Below, one piece after another: positions 16,296 through 25,267 of a DNA stretch of 32,000 nucleotides. The translations under genes and the position numbers were made by a program. Source of the DNA: Candidatus Saccharimonadota bacterium (GTDB lineage: Archaea > Nanohalarchaeota > Nanosalinia > Nanosalinales > Nanosalinaceae); assembly GCA_001761425.1 (NCBI GenBank), contig CP012986.1, forward strand, positions 480,001-512,000, written 5' to 3'. A model generated the notes under the pieces. It was not told the DNA's origin. It was given only the letters and a program-made list of their open reading frames with translations, and made no database searches. Numbering within the stretch: the stretch's first letter is position 1; every line of letters begins with the position of its first letter.

Positions 16296-17651
16296 CTATC
16301 TTCCCAGTGCGTTTTCAAACATTTTTTTACCGACGTGATATCTCTGGTTGAAGTTGATTATTGGATCAGGATAATCCAGATCATACTTGTTTCTCTCTTC
16401 CTGGCTCATCTCAACCCAGTTATGGATTGAATCCGGGTCAAGGCCTCTTAGCTCGGGAATCCAGTGCTTGATGTATTCTGCTTCGCTGTCGTACTTTCTA
16501 CCCTGTTTGACCGGATTAAATATTCTGATGGAAACTGAGTCAGTTCCTGTTGAGGCTGCCCACTGCCACCCTCCGATGTTCGAGGCTGTGTCATGATCCA
16601 CAAGGTGTTTACGGAAAAACCTGGCACCTTCCCTCCAGTCGATCATCAGGTGTTTGGTCAGGAAAGATGCGACGTTTTGCCGGGTCCTGTTGTGCATATA
16701 ACCAGACTCAAGTAACTCCCTCATCCCTGCGTCTACAAACGGAACACCGGTCCTTCCCTCTTTCCAGGCCTCTAGCTCCTCCTGACTGTTCTGCCACTCT
16801 ACAGCGTTTTCAAAATTCCTGTAATTTTCCTCTACAGTCCCGGGATTATGCCAAAGCACCTGGTAGAAAAACTCTCTCCACGCAAGTTCGTTCCTGTACT
16901 TCGCATAGTTCCTGATCCTGGAAGAATCCTCATCTCTGTCAATCAGGTTCTCCACGTCTTCGAGAACCTTTCTCAGGCCTAACATACCGGAGCTGTAATA
17001 CATGGAAAGCCTTGAGACCGAGTTAGGCCTTGCGATTTCGTCTCTTCTGTCCCTGTACTTTTCCAGCCGGTTATCTCTGAAATCCTTCCATCTCTTCAGC
17101 CCGGCTTCTTCGCCTGCTTCAGGTATGTCGGCGGAGGCCTCTTTTCCAGGTATTTTTTCTGATATTTCCGGGTTTTCAGCAAAGTTTTCAGGCCTTTCCG
17201 CAGGTTTACTTTTTTTGATTTTCTTCCATTCTCTGTAGAAAGGTGAGAAGGTTCCGTATTCTTTCGAGAGCTCTCCAGGTTCCACGAGCAGTCTGTCCTG
17301 GAATCCGTGTGTCTCAACGTCTAGCTCTTCGATTTCTGCCTCTATCTTTCTCTTTAGAGGTGTGTAGCTTCTGTTGTAGAATATTTTTTCTACATTGTTT
17401 TCCCCGATAATTTTTTCCAGTTCCCCTTTGGTCTTCCCTTTTCTGTAATGCAGCTGAGATCTATTCCTCCTGTACCTGCTGTCCAGCTGCTTTAAACCTT
17501 TTTTTCTGAAGGCCTTTTTGTTCCGCCCCGTATTTTTTCTGATGCGAGGGTCGTCGATGTAGACCGGAACTGTTTCGCCGTTTTCTGAGGCCTTTTTCAG
17601 GCCTCTGTTGTCGTGGGTTCTGAGGTCGTCTCTGTGTAGGAAGATGTTCAT
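16296..17651 (-). CDS. phr: deoxyribodipyrimidine (CPD) photolyase, class I-like
   Basis: 451 aa. N-terminus IFLHRDDLRTHDN. C-terminal region LAWREFFYQVLWHNP, GRTGVPFVDAGMREL..SGYMHNRTRQNVASFL, GGWQWAASTGTD, IRIFNPVKQ. Confidence 0.9.
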   Translation of the reverse strand: MNIFLHRDDLRTHDNRGLKKASENGETVPVYIDDPRIRKNTGRNKKAFRKKGLKQLDSRYRRNRSQLHYRKGKTKGELEKIIGENNVEKIFYNRSYTPLKRKIEAEIEELDVETHGFQDRLLVEPGELSKEYGTFSPFYREWKKIKKSKPAERPENFAENPEISEKIPGKEASADIPEAGEEAGLKRWKDFRDNRLEKYRDRRDEIARPNSVSRLSMYYSSGMLGLRKVLEDVENLIDRDEDSSRIRNYAKYRNELAWREFFYQVLWHNPGTVEENYRNFENAVEWQNSQEELEAWKEGRTGVPFVDAGMRELLESGYMHNRTRQNVASFLTKHLMIDWREGARFFRKHLVDHDTASNIGGWQWAASTGTDSVSIRIFNPVKQGRKYDSEAEYIKHWIPELRGLDPDSIHNWVEMSQEERNKYDLDYPDPIINFNQRYHVGKKMFENALGR

Positions 17652-17814
17652 CTTTTTTCTCTTTTTGTGATTGCAACGGAGTTGGAGGTAGTCAGGACCA
17701 GTTAAGTTAGATGCCTTTCTATGGATAAACTGGCAGTGCTCAAGAATTTAACTGTTTTGATAACTCTCTGTAGGCCTTGAGTTTTATCAATCGGGAGTTT
17801 TCAAACTCTTGTTA

Positions 17815-19205
17815 ATGAGCAGACTGCTTTTGAAGAATCTTTCTGTAGTTTCTGGAACTGGCGAGGTTGTAGAAGAGACATCTGTAGTTATTGAAGATGA
17901 TAGAATAGTGGGGATCGGGGTGGAGGATGGTTCATCTTTTGATACTGTGGTCGATTGTGAAGGCCTTGTCGCTATCCCTGGAATGGTTAACAGTCATTCG
18001 CATATGGAGTTGAGCAGTGCTGAGGAGATCTTTCTTGACCAGTCTTCTAGAGAGATTTTATTCGAGCTTTTCCCTGTTGTACAGAGTATCTGGGATAGTG
18101 GAAGGGAAGACTTGATCAGTTCGGGTTATCGTTATGCTTGTTACAGTTTTCTGAGAAACGGTATAACGACTGTTAACACTCTTGATGATCATCCTGAAAC
18201 CGGGATTGATATCGTCGGCGAGTCCGGGATGAGAGCGGTGATGGGTTTTTCTCCAGGCGACCTGTTTCTGAATGCGGATGCTGAGGAGATAATCGAGCGG
18301 GAAAGAAAATTCATTGAGAACTACAGCGGCGCTTATGAAGGAAGAATCACGCCGAGCGTAAGCTGTCAGGGCGATCTCTACTGCTCACAGGAACTATGGA
18401 AAGGAGTAAGCGAACTGAGTGAGGAGTATCCGGAGCTTCCGTTCCACACTCTGTACTGGAGATGCCGGAATCCAACCAGATGCCTCAGGCACACGGCTTC
18501 AAGGGCACAGTAGATCTGCTGGAAAGCAAAGACCTTCTCGGAGAAGACTCCGTACTCGCACACTTCACCCACGCAGATAAAAAGCAGCTGGAAAAAATAG
18601 AAGAAACCGGTACAGGCCTTGCACACTGTCCATCAATCCTTGCCTACGACTTCAACGGTGTATGGCCAAATGTAGATACAGCAGACAAGGAAAACATCAG
18701 TACAGGCCTTGGAATAGATGACCACTACCTGATAGAATCAGAAAATCTTTTTCAGGAGGCCAGAAAAGCAAAGGAAAAACTGGAAGACGAGAAAAACTAC
18801 AGGATCAGCTACAAAGGCCTTTTCAGGAAAATGACGAGCGAGGCAGCTGAAGCAGTAGGCCTCGGAGATGAGATCGGAAGTATAGAGAAAGGGAAGAAAG
18901 CAGACATCGTACTCCTAAACTTGGAAATCGATTTTGAAGGAAATGTCTACAGGCAGATAATAGAGAACGCAGATGAGGAAAATATCCAGGAAGTCTTTGT
19001 AGACGGCGAACAGGTAGTAAAAGATGGAGAAGTAACAACTATGAATAGAGACGAAGTTCTGGAGGAGAAGGAACAGGTGAAGCAGGAGTTCCGCGAGGAA
19101 CTGGATAAGAGATTCTTCAAAACACGGATGTTGTTCAAAACACTGAGGATAATCGACTACAGAACACTGAAACTGATTCCGTACAAACTCAGAAACCTTT
19201 TCTAA
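17815..19205 (+). pseudogene. amidohydrolase-superfamily deaminase (MtaD/chlorohydrolase-like) disrupted by a 1-nt frameshift
   Basis: Two overlapping ORFs (17809..18513 and 18462..19205) carry consecutive parts of one protein. The first has PGMVNSHSHMEL (HxH). The second has VLAHFTH, GLAHCPS, KADIVLL. The probable start is the ATG at 17815. Inserting one base between 18451 and 18452 yields ...LPFHTHVLEMPESNQ... and a single ~463-codon frame. Confidence 0.8.
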
Positions 19206-19282
19206 GGGATCGAAGAGCTTTTAGAGATGCTTCAGTTCCTGTTTTAAGGCTTTTCAGGGGGGGAAAGAAAAAAGTATTGTGT

Positions 19283-19303
19283 GAGGCCTTTTTTTCAGGC
19301 CTC
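19283..19303. terminator. hairpin made of two AGGCCT copies between convergent genes
   Basis: GAGGCCT-ttttttc-AGGCCTC, a 7-bp stem. It lies 6 nt beyond the RNase J stop. On the minus strand it is followed by CTTTTTTCTTT; on the plus strand the loop itself is a T7 run. Confidence 0.45.
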
Positions 19304-19308
19304 TGGAG

Positions 19309-20628
19309 TTACTTGTCTAGGTTGATGATGCGTCCGTTTTCGGATACGTAGATGTTTTCTTCTAGTGTGTATCCTTCTTCTCTTGCGAGTTGGACGTAGT
19401 CTCCCTGTTTCTGGATTGGTCCGTGGCTTGGGATGATCTGTTCTGGGTCCAGGAATTGGATGAAGTCTCTGTGGTCTTCTCTGTGGGCGTGTCCTGTGGT
19501 GTGGATGCCTTTGTAGAGTCTGACTCCTTTTTCCTTCATTTTTTTCTCGAGTTCGTAGCGGTTGGCTTCGTTGACAGGGCTTGGGATTACCTGGCTGGAG
19601 AAGATTACGTGGTCTCCTTCTTCGAATTCGAAGCCGTAGGTTCCTGATGTGATTTTGTCGAGCTGTGCTCCTGGTTCTCCCTGGTTCCCTGTTGCCACGA
19701 CGAGCCATTCGTTGCGTTCTCCGTCCACTCTGGACATGAGTTCGTCGCATTCGTCGAAGTATGAAACGACTTCGATCTGGTCTGTATTGATCAGGTCCAG
19801 TTCCTCTGCTGATTCGACGTACTCTTTGAGGCTTCTTCCTACGAAGGCGATTTTTCTGCGTCCGTTGTTGGCGTCGATTACTGAGTTGAGGCGTCCGATC
19901 TGGCTGGAGAATGTTGAGAGGAGTACTGCTCCACCTGCTTTGTAGCAGGAGTTCAGTACGTCTTCAAGCTCTACTCTGACGGATTCTTCTGAGCGTGCGC
20001 GTCCGTCTTCCTCTACTCTTGTGGTTCCGGGGATCATCAGTTTTACTCCTTCTTCGCCGACTTCTTTCAGTCGTTCTACATCGGTTGTCTCTTCGATGAT
20101 CGGGCTCTGATCGATCTTCATGTCGTTCCCATAGACTACGTATCCTTCTGGAGTATCCAGTAGGGATAGGGTTGCGTCCGGGATGGAGTGGTTGACATGC
20201 GCGAACTCAAGCGAAAGCTCGTCTGTGATATCTACTTCGTCTTCTTTCTCGACTCCAATGACAGGATTGTTGATATTTTTCCTGTCGTCTTCAAGAGTCC
20301 TTTCCACTATCTTTTTCGTGTAAGGGCTTGCATAGATCGGACAGTCGTAAGCTCCTGCAAGCTTCGGAATTCCCCCAACGTGGTCGAGATGTCCGTGCCC
20401 GATAACGATACCGACTACATTTTTATCCGCTTCGAACAGAGGTTCGTCCTCTGGAACGGCCTCGATCTCAAGGCTCTGATTTGTTGTCATTTCATCTACC
20501 TGTCCTTCAGAGGATACTACGGATTCCATATTATAACCCATGTCGAAGATAACGACCTGGTCATCAACTTCGACGGCAGTCATATTCTTGCCGACTTCCT
20601 CGTATCCTCCCAATGTGTAAACTTTCAT
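19309..20628 (-). CDS. rnj: ribonuclease J (archaeal beta-CASP metallo-beta-lactamase RNase)
   Basis: 439 aa. MBL motif IGHGHLDHVGG. beta-CASP-type later motifs HTTGHAHREDH and IPSHG. Size and N-terminus (MKVYTLGGYEEVGKNMT) are typical of archaeal RNase J. Confidence 0.85.
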   Translation of the reverse strand: MKVYTLGGYEEVGKNMTAVEVDDQVVIFDMGYNMESVVSSEGQVDEMTTNQSLEIEAVPEDEPLFEADKNVVGIVIGHGHLDHVGGIPKLAGAYDCPIYASPYTKKIVERTLEDDRKNINNPVIGVEKEDEVDITDELSLEFAHVNHSIPDATLSLLDTPEGYVVYGNDMKIDQSPIIEETTDVERLKEVGEEGVKLMIPGTTRVEEDGRARSEESVRVELEDVLNSCYKAGGAVLLSTFSSQIGRLNSVIDANNGRRKIAFVGRSLKEYVESAEELDLINTDQIEVVSYFDECDELMSRVDGERNEWLVVATGNQGEPGAQLDKITSGTYGFEFEEGDHVIFSSQVIPSPVNEANRYELEKKMKEKGVRLYKGIHTTGHAHREDHRDFIQFLDPEQIIPSHGPIQKQGDYVQLAREEGYTLEENIYVSENGRIINLDK

Positions 20629-20754
20629 AGTTAAAAAATCACCGTATTTTGAAATCTTACAGAAAATAAATCAGAGCCGAATCTTATAAATGGAGACTAC
20701 AGAAAACCCGGAGGCCTGATAGATTCTTAAGTTTTCAAGCTGGAACCAAATAAC

Positions 20755-22053
20755 ATGTATTCTCAAGGCCTCCAGCAAAAGTTCGAGGAAAAAGACATCG
20801 AAGTAGGAGACAGGATAAAAGTCAAGGACAGAGAAGGCCTGTTAATGCCTAAACCAGACACAGGAGACAGCGAGATAATAAACCTGAAACTGGACAGCGG
20901 ATACAACATAGGCCTTGAACCTGAAAAAGTAGAACTTGTGGAGAAAAAAGAATCTGAAGGCCTCAAAAGACCGGAAGTGACACACAGTGAGGACAAGCCG
21001 GACGTACTGATCCTGCATACTGGAGGAACGATCGCCTCACGTGTATCCTACAAAGAAGGAGGGGTCAAACCTGCTTTCGAGCCTGAGGATCTCGTACAGA
21101 TGTACCCTGAACTGGACGAAGAAGTTAATATCCATAGCGAGGTCATCGCACAGATGCTCTCCGAGGATATGGAGCCAGCACACTGGCAGGAAATTGCCGA
21201 AAAGATAGATGAAGTACAGGGCGAATACGACGGTATAATAGTAGGCCATGGAACCGATACGATGAGCTACACAGGGGCAGCACTGACACTGATGCTTCAA
21301 GGCCTTGATACAGGAGTTATGCTTGTAGGATCACAGCGCTCTTCAGACAGGCCTTCAAGCGACGCTTCTATGAACGTTTACTGTGCCTCCAAATTCCTGA
21401 CAGAGACAGAGTTCTCAGGTGTCGGCATCTGCATGCATGAAACCTCCAGTGACAACTGGTGCAATATTTTACCGGCGGCGAAGGCCCGGAAGATGCATAC
21501 ATCCCGCAGAAATGCGTTCAGCCAGATCAACGCAGAAAAAATAGGCCGTATAAATTACAAATCGGGCGAGATAAAGAAGAACTTCGAAAAAGAAGATGAA
21601 GAATACGAGTTAAGGCCTGAACTGGACGATAACGTTGGAATGATTCGTATAAGACCTGGAATGAGGCCTGAAGAAGTTGATTTCCTGATCGAGCAGGATT
21701 ACAACGGTGTGATAATTGAAGGTACAGGTCTCGGTCATATGCCTGTGAACGCTTTCGATGATAAGACTCAGCATCACGACAGGATTCTGGAGAAGCTTTC
21801 CGAGCTGGCGGACGATGCTGTAGTTGTGATGAGTTCCCAGTGTCTGAACGGCCGTGTTGACATGAATATCTACTCCGCGGGAATCAAGATTCAGGAAGCA
21901 GGTGTTATCTCGGCTCAAGACATGCATCCGGAACTTGCGTACGTCAAACTGATGTGGAGCCTCGGACAGGCCTCGGACAGAGAGGAAGCCGAAGAAATTT
22001 TCCAGGAAAACTACAGCGGTGAGATCTCCAAGAGGTCGATGTATCATGGCTGA
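20755..22053 (+). CDS. gatD: Glu-tRNA(Gln) amidotransferase subunit D
   Basis: 432 aa. N-terminal AD1-like domain followed by an asparaginase-type domain with ILHTGGTIAS, HGTDTM and GTGLGH. Confidence 0.92.
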   Translation: MYSQGLQQKFEEKDIEVGDRIKVKDREGLLMPKPDTGDSEIINLKLDSGYNIGLEPEKVELVEKKESEGLKRPEVTHSEDKPDVLILHTGGTIASRVSYKEGGVKPAFEPEDLVQMYPELDEEVNIHSEVIAQMLSEDMEPAHWQEIAEKIDEVQGEYDGIIVGHGTDTMSYTGAALTLMLQGLDTGVMLVGSQRSSDRPSSDASMNVYCASKFLTETEFSGVGICMHETSSDNWCNILPAAKARKMHTSRRNAFSQINAEKIGRINYKSGEIKKNFEKEDEEYELRPELDDNVGMIRIRPGMRPEEVDFLIEQDYNGVIIEGTGLGHMPVNAFDDKTQHHDRILEKLSELADDAVVVMSSQCLNGRVDMNIYSAGIKIQEAGVISAQDMHPELAYVKLMWSLGQASDREEAEEIFQENYSGEISKRSMYHG

Positions 22054-22094
22054 AAACATGGAAGCGATGTGCAGCATGGTTTATTGCGTGTCTC

Positions 22095-22115
22095 GAAGGC
22101 CTTTGACAGGCCTTC
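22095..22115 (+). terminator. hairpin made of two AGGCCT copies downstream of gatD
   Basis: GAAGGCCT-ttgac-AGGCCTTC, an 8-bp stem. It lies 42 nt after the gatD stop and is followed by TTGTTT. Confidence 0.4.
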
Positions 22116-22274
22116 TTGTTTCAGAAGGCTCTGAGAGCTTTCGGGAGAACGAGCGTAACCAGTTGAGGTCGATGTACAGTGGGTGAACAAACCGCAGAGA
22201 CCTCTGGAGGAGACTGTAAGAAGGATCTGGACGAGTTCGATAGAAAGGCTAAAACGTTTATTGAGGAGGGCAAG

Positions 22275-22514
22275 ATGTCCCGTCTGAAAGATATACTTAG
22301 AGAATACACTATGTGCGCAGCGTACGAGACAGGTCAGGAGATCAGGAATCCCTCACGTTTCCTGAAGGCCTCTGAGGTTGATATAGAGAATATCCAGGAT
22401 TTTACCGAGTACCGTGTTGCTAAATCCATGCTGAGATCGAAAATAAAACAGAGAAAGCGTGGAAGACTTTTCAAAATCTTTGAAGGAAACTTTGTTTCCA
22501 GCTTCCTGATGTAA
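22275..22514 (+). CDS. hypothetical small protein (79 aa from the ATG; the ORF track extends to a GTG at 22179)
   Basis: The ATG at 22275 is preceded by GAGGAGGG 5-12 nt upstream. I recognise no family. The C-terminus is basic (KIKQRKRGRLFK). Confidence 0.45.
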   Translation: MSRLKDILREYTMCAAYETGQEIRNPSRFLKASEVDIENIQDFTEYRVAKSMLRSKIKQRKRGRLFKIFEGNFVSSFLM

Positions 22515-22522
22515 AGGCCTTT

Positions 22523-23062
22523 ATGACAGAGATTTACGGCGTCACAGGTATGCCCATGGCAGGTAAGACTACAGTAGCGGAGGCCTTAGAGGATGAGGGC
22601 TTCGCGGTACTGGATATGGGTGATGTTGTCAGGACTGAGATGGAGAAAAGAGGTAAAGACGTCAGCGACACTGGAGAGTTCGTGAGCGGTCTCAGGGAAG
22701 AGAATGGCATGGATGCTATAGCCCGGCTTTCAACTCCTTATCTTGAGGAGATAATCGGCGAAAAGAAAAAAGTAGTTATAACCGGTATGAGAGGCTGGAA
22801 CGAGAAAGAAAGATTTGAAGACGAAACTGGAGAAGAAATAGAGGTAATCGCTGTCTGGGCTTCCAGAGAGGAGAGAAAAAGACGCAGAGAACAGAGGCAG
22901 AGGGATGAAGACATCGAAGGCGATGGATTCCATGAAAGAGATCTCAGAGAGATACAACAGGGAGTAGGGAAACTGATGGCCCTCAGCGACCACATAATAA
23001 AAAACGATACTGTAACACTGAGAGAATTCGAGGAAAAGGTGAAAGATCTTGCCAGATCATGA
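22523..23062 (+). CDS. P-loop nucleotide kinase-like protein (UPF0200 / dephospho-CoA kinase-like)
   Basis: 179 aa. N-terminus IYGVTGMPMAGKTTVAE...VLDMGDVVR (Walker A plus the typical following motif). Confidence 0.7.
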   Translation: MTEIYGVTGMPMAGKTTVAEALEDEGFAVLDMGDVVRTEMEKRGKDVSDTGEFVSGLREENGMDAIARLSTPYLEEIIGEKKKVVITGMRGWNEKERFEDETGEEIEVIAVWASREERKRRREQRQRDEDIEGDGFHERDLREIQQGVGKLMALSDHIIKNDTVTLREFEEKVKDLARS

Positions 23063-23318
23063 ATTCGCAGGAACCATACCCTCAACGACATCAAAGGCCT
23101 ACGATGAAGAGAAAAAAGCAGAAAAGGCCTTCCAGGAGCTTTACGAAGGCCTTGATGGAACCTATGATCTCAGAGAGATAGGAGATATGTCTGCTATCTA
23201 CGAGGATGGAGAGAGTTCTCCTGTAGCTACAAGAGAAGGCGATACACTGACTTTGCTAGGTGAGGATATCGAGGAGACATTCAGGGATCTCGGCTATGAA
23301 CTTGAGGTGAACGAATAA
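23049..23318 (+). CDS. hypothetical small acidic protein, translationally coupled to gatE
   Basis: 89 codons from a TTG; the first in-frame ATG is at codon 47. Acidic composition. Its TAA stop overlaps the gatE ATG (TAATG) at 23318. No family recognised. Confidence 0.45.
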   Translation: MPDHEFAGTIPSTTSKAYDEEKKAEKAFQELYEGLDGTYDLREIGDMSAIYEDGESSPVATREGDTLTLLGEDIEETFRDLGYELEVNE

Positions 23319-25165
23319 TGGATTATGAAGAACTTGGATTCAAATGCGGTATAGAGATACATCAACAGCTTAACACGGAGGAAAAACTTTTCTGCAACTG
23401 CCCCGTCGAACTTGAGGATGAGGCAGCAGATGCGAACGTCGAAAGATATCTTAGAGCGGTCGCAGGAGAGAGCGGAGAGAAGGACGAAGCTGCTGAGCAG
23501 GCAGCACGTCGTTCACAAAAGTTCGTGTACAACTACTACAGTAGAAACAACTGTCTGGTCGAGATCGACGAGGAACCACCTCATTCTATGGACGAGGAGG
23601 CCTTGGAAACTGCTTTGACCTTTGCTCGTATGGTAGATGCGAATATCCCGGCAGAGATCCAGGTAATGCGTAAAATGGTCGTCGATGGCTCCAACACTTC
23701 AGGTTTCCAGAGGACAGCTATGGTAGGCCTTGATGGGAAACTTGAGACAGACTCAGGTAAAGTTACTATCGATGACATTGAACTTGAGGAAGAATCTGCT
23801 GGAGTGCATGAGAGAACACAGGAGGAAGCAGTTTACGATCTTAACAGGCTGGGCGTACCGCTTGTGGAGGTAGGAACCGATGCATCGATCAAGAACCCGG
23901 AACATGCCCGCGAAGTGGCGGAGGAGATCGGAATGCTTTTGAGATCAACAGGAAAAGCAAGGAGAGGCCTTGGAACTATCAGGCAGGACGTCAACGTCTC
24001 TATCGACGGCGGATCAAGGGTTGAAATCAAGGGCTTCCAGGATGTCGAGAACATCGATAAACTGATAGAGCTGGAGGTTAGGAGACAGAAAAATCTCATC
24101 GACCTCGGAAAGGAACTGGAAAAACAGGAGATAGTAGGAGACAACGTAACTCATCACTTCGAGGACACAGATAACCATATTGTTTCTACAGTGCTTGAAA
24201 ACGATGGAGCAGTCTACGCACTGAAGCTTCCAGGCCTTACTGGCAAGATGAAGCAGAATATCTCCGGCGAACGCTACCTGGCGAAAGAACTCGTCGACTA
24301 CGCAAAGGCAGAAGGTGTACAGGGCATTCTACACACAGACGAGGACCTTGAAAATTATGGTCTTGTAGAGGAGTTCGGAAAGGTCGCAGAAGACTTCAGG
24401 AAAGAAGACGAAGACGTAATAGCAGTAATCGCAGCAGAGGAAGAGAAGGCAAAAGCTGCAGCCCAGTCAGTACAGAAGAGAGCAGAGATGATTTATACTG
24501 GGGAAATCCCTGAAGAAACCAGAGCTGCAGAACAGAACTTCACAACCTCTTATTCAAGGCCTCTACCGGGAAGCGCAAGAATGTACCCTGAAACAGATAT
24601 CCCATCGATCAGGATAGAAGACGAAGAAGTCGAAGAAATTGATGAGAATCTGCCGAGGACTCTGGAGGAAAGAGAAAAACAGTACAGAGAAGAAATCGGC
24701 GGAGAACTTGCCTCACAGATCGTAGGCTCGGAAAGACTAGGCCTCTTCGAAAAATTCAAGGAAAACTACGATTCCAAGCTGGTCGCAAACTTCTTCACAA
24801 ATACCCTGGCTCAGCTGGAGAAAGAGTACAGAGTCAAATCCCTTGGAGAACAGGACTTCAGGGCGATCTTCGAAGGCCTCAAATCTGAGGACATCGCAAA
24901 AGACGATATAGAGGAAGTTGTTGAAAGAGTTGCTTCAGGAGAAAAAACAGAGGAAGTCATAGAAGACATCGCCGAGAAAAAGGCCTCCGAAGATGATATA
25001 CGTGAAGCGGTCAGAGAAGTCCTTGATGAGAAAAGTGACATGGTGGAGGAGCAGGGTATGCATTCTCAGGGTGCTTTGATGGGAGTTGTTATGGCCCGTG
25101 TCGAGGCCTCGGGAGATCAGGTTTCAGAGATTCTTCAGAAGGAGCTTCAGGAAAGAGTTGATTAG
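23318..25165 (+). CDS. gatE: Glu-tRNA(Gln) amidotransferase subunit E
   Basis: 615 aa. N-terminus LGFKCGIEIHQQL, then SGFQRT, EEESA, VPLVEV, RQDVNVSI, and a C-terminal GatB/YqeY-like tail. Confidence 0.93.
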   Translation: MDYEELGFKCGIEIHQQLNTEEKLFCNCPVELEDEAADANVERYLRAVAGESGEKDEAAEQAARRSQKFVYNYYSRNNCLVEIDEEPPHSMDEEALETALTFARMVDANIPAEIQVMRKMVVDGSNTSGFQRTAMVGLDGKLETDSGKVTIDDIELEEESAGVHERTQEEAVYDLNRLGVPLVEVGTDASIKNPEHAREVAEEIGMLLRSTGKARRGLGTIRQDVNVSIDGGSRVEIKGFQDVENIDKLIELEVRRQKNLIDLGKELEKQEIVGDNVTHHFEDTDNHIVSTVLENDGAVYALKLPGLTGKMKQNISGERYLAKELVDYAKAEGVQGILHTDEDLENYGLVEEFGKVAEDFRKEDEDVIAVIAAEEEKAKAAAQSVQKRAEMIYTGEIPEETRAAEQNFTTSYSRPLPGSARMYPETDIPSIRIEDEEVEEIDENLPRTLEEREKQYREEIGGELASQIVGSERLGLFEKFKENYDSKLVANFFTNTLAQLEKEYRVKSLGEQDFRAIFEGLKSEDIAKDDIEEVVERVASGEKTEEVIEDIAEKKASEDDIREAVREVLDEKSDMVEEQGMHSQGALMGVVMARVEASGDQVSEILQKELQERVD

Positions 25166-25221
25166 AGGCCTTTCTCCCGTTTATCATTTACTGTTGTTAT
25201 TTTTCTGTGTATCCGTACGTC

Positions 25222-25229
25222 TTTAATAT
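25222..25229 (+). promoter_or_regulatory. TATA box upstream of the thermosome gene, with GGTGA Shine-Dalgarno-like element at 25253-25257
   Basis: TTTAATAT is centred about 42 nt upstream of the ATG at 25268. GGTGA lies 10 nt upstream of the ATG. Confidence 0.35.
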
Positions 25230-25267
25230 TTTAACAAGCATCATCAGGAATAGGTGAATTAGATTTT

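Noticed and set aside
17587-17605. GAGGCCT-TTTTC-AGGCCTC hairpin, initially considered a terminator or attenuator.
   Set aside because: It lies inside the photolyase coding region (encoding …RGLKKAS… on the minus strand). It is most simply a by-product of the high AGGCCT density.
19254-19261. A G7 homopolymer in the amidohydrolase/RNase J spacer, considered as a possible slippage switch.
   Set aside because: It is intergenic and lies between two convergent 3' ends, so no reading frame or promoter depends on its length.
22054-22274. A 220-nt spacer after gatD, somewhat GC-richer, considered as a possible ncRNA (SRP, RNase P fragment or sRNA); also the GTG-initiated extension of the 22179 ORF.
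   Set aside because: I could not find conserved ncRNA motifs or a convincing fold by eye beyond the terminator-like hairpin. The ATG at 22275 with GGAGG upstream explains the downstream ORF better.
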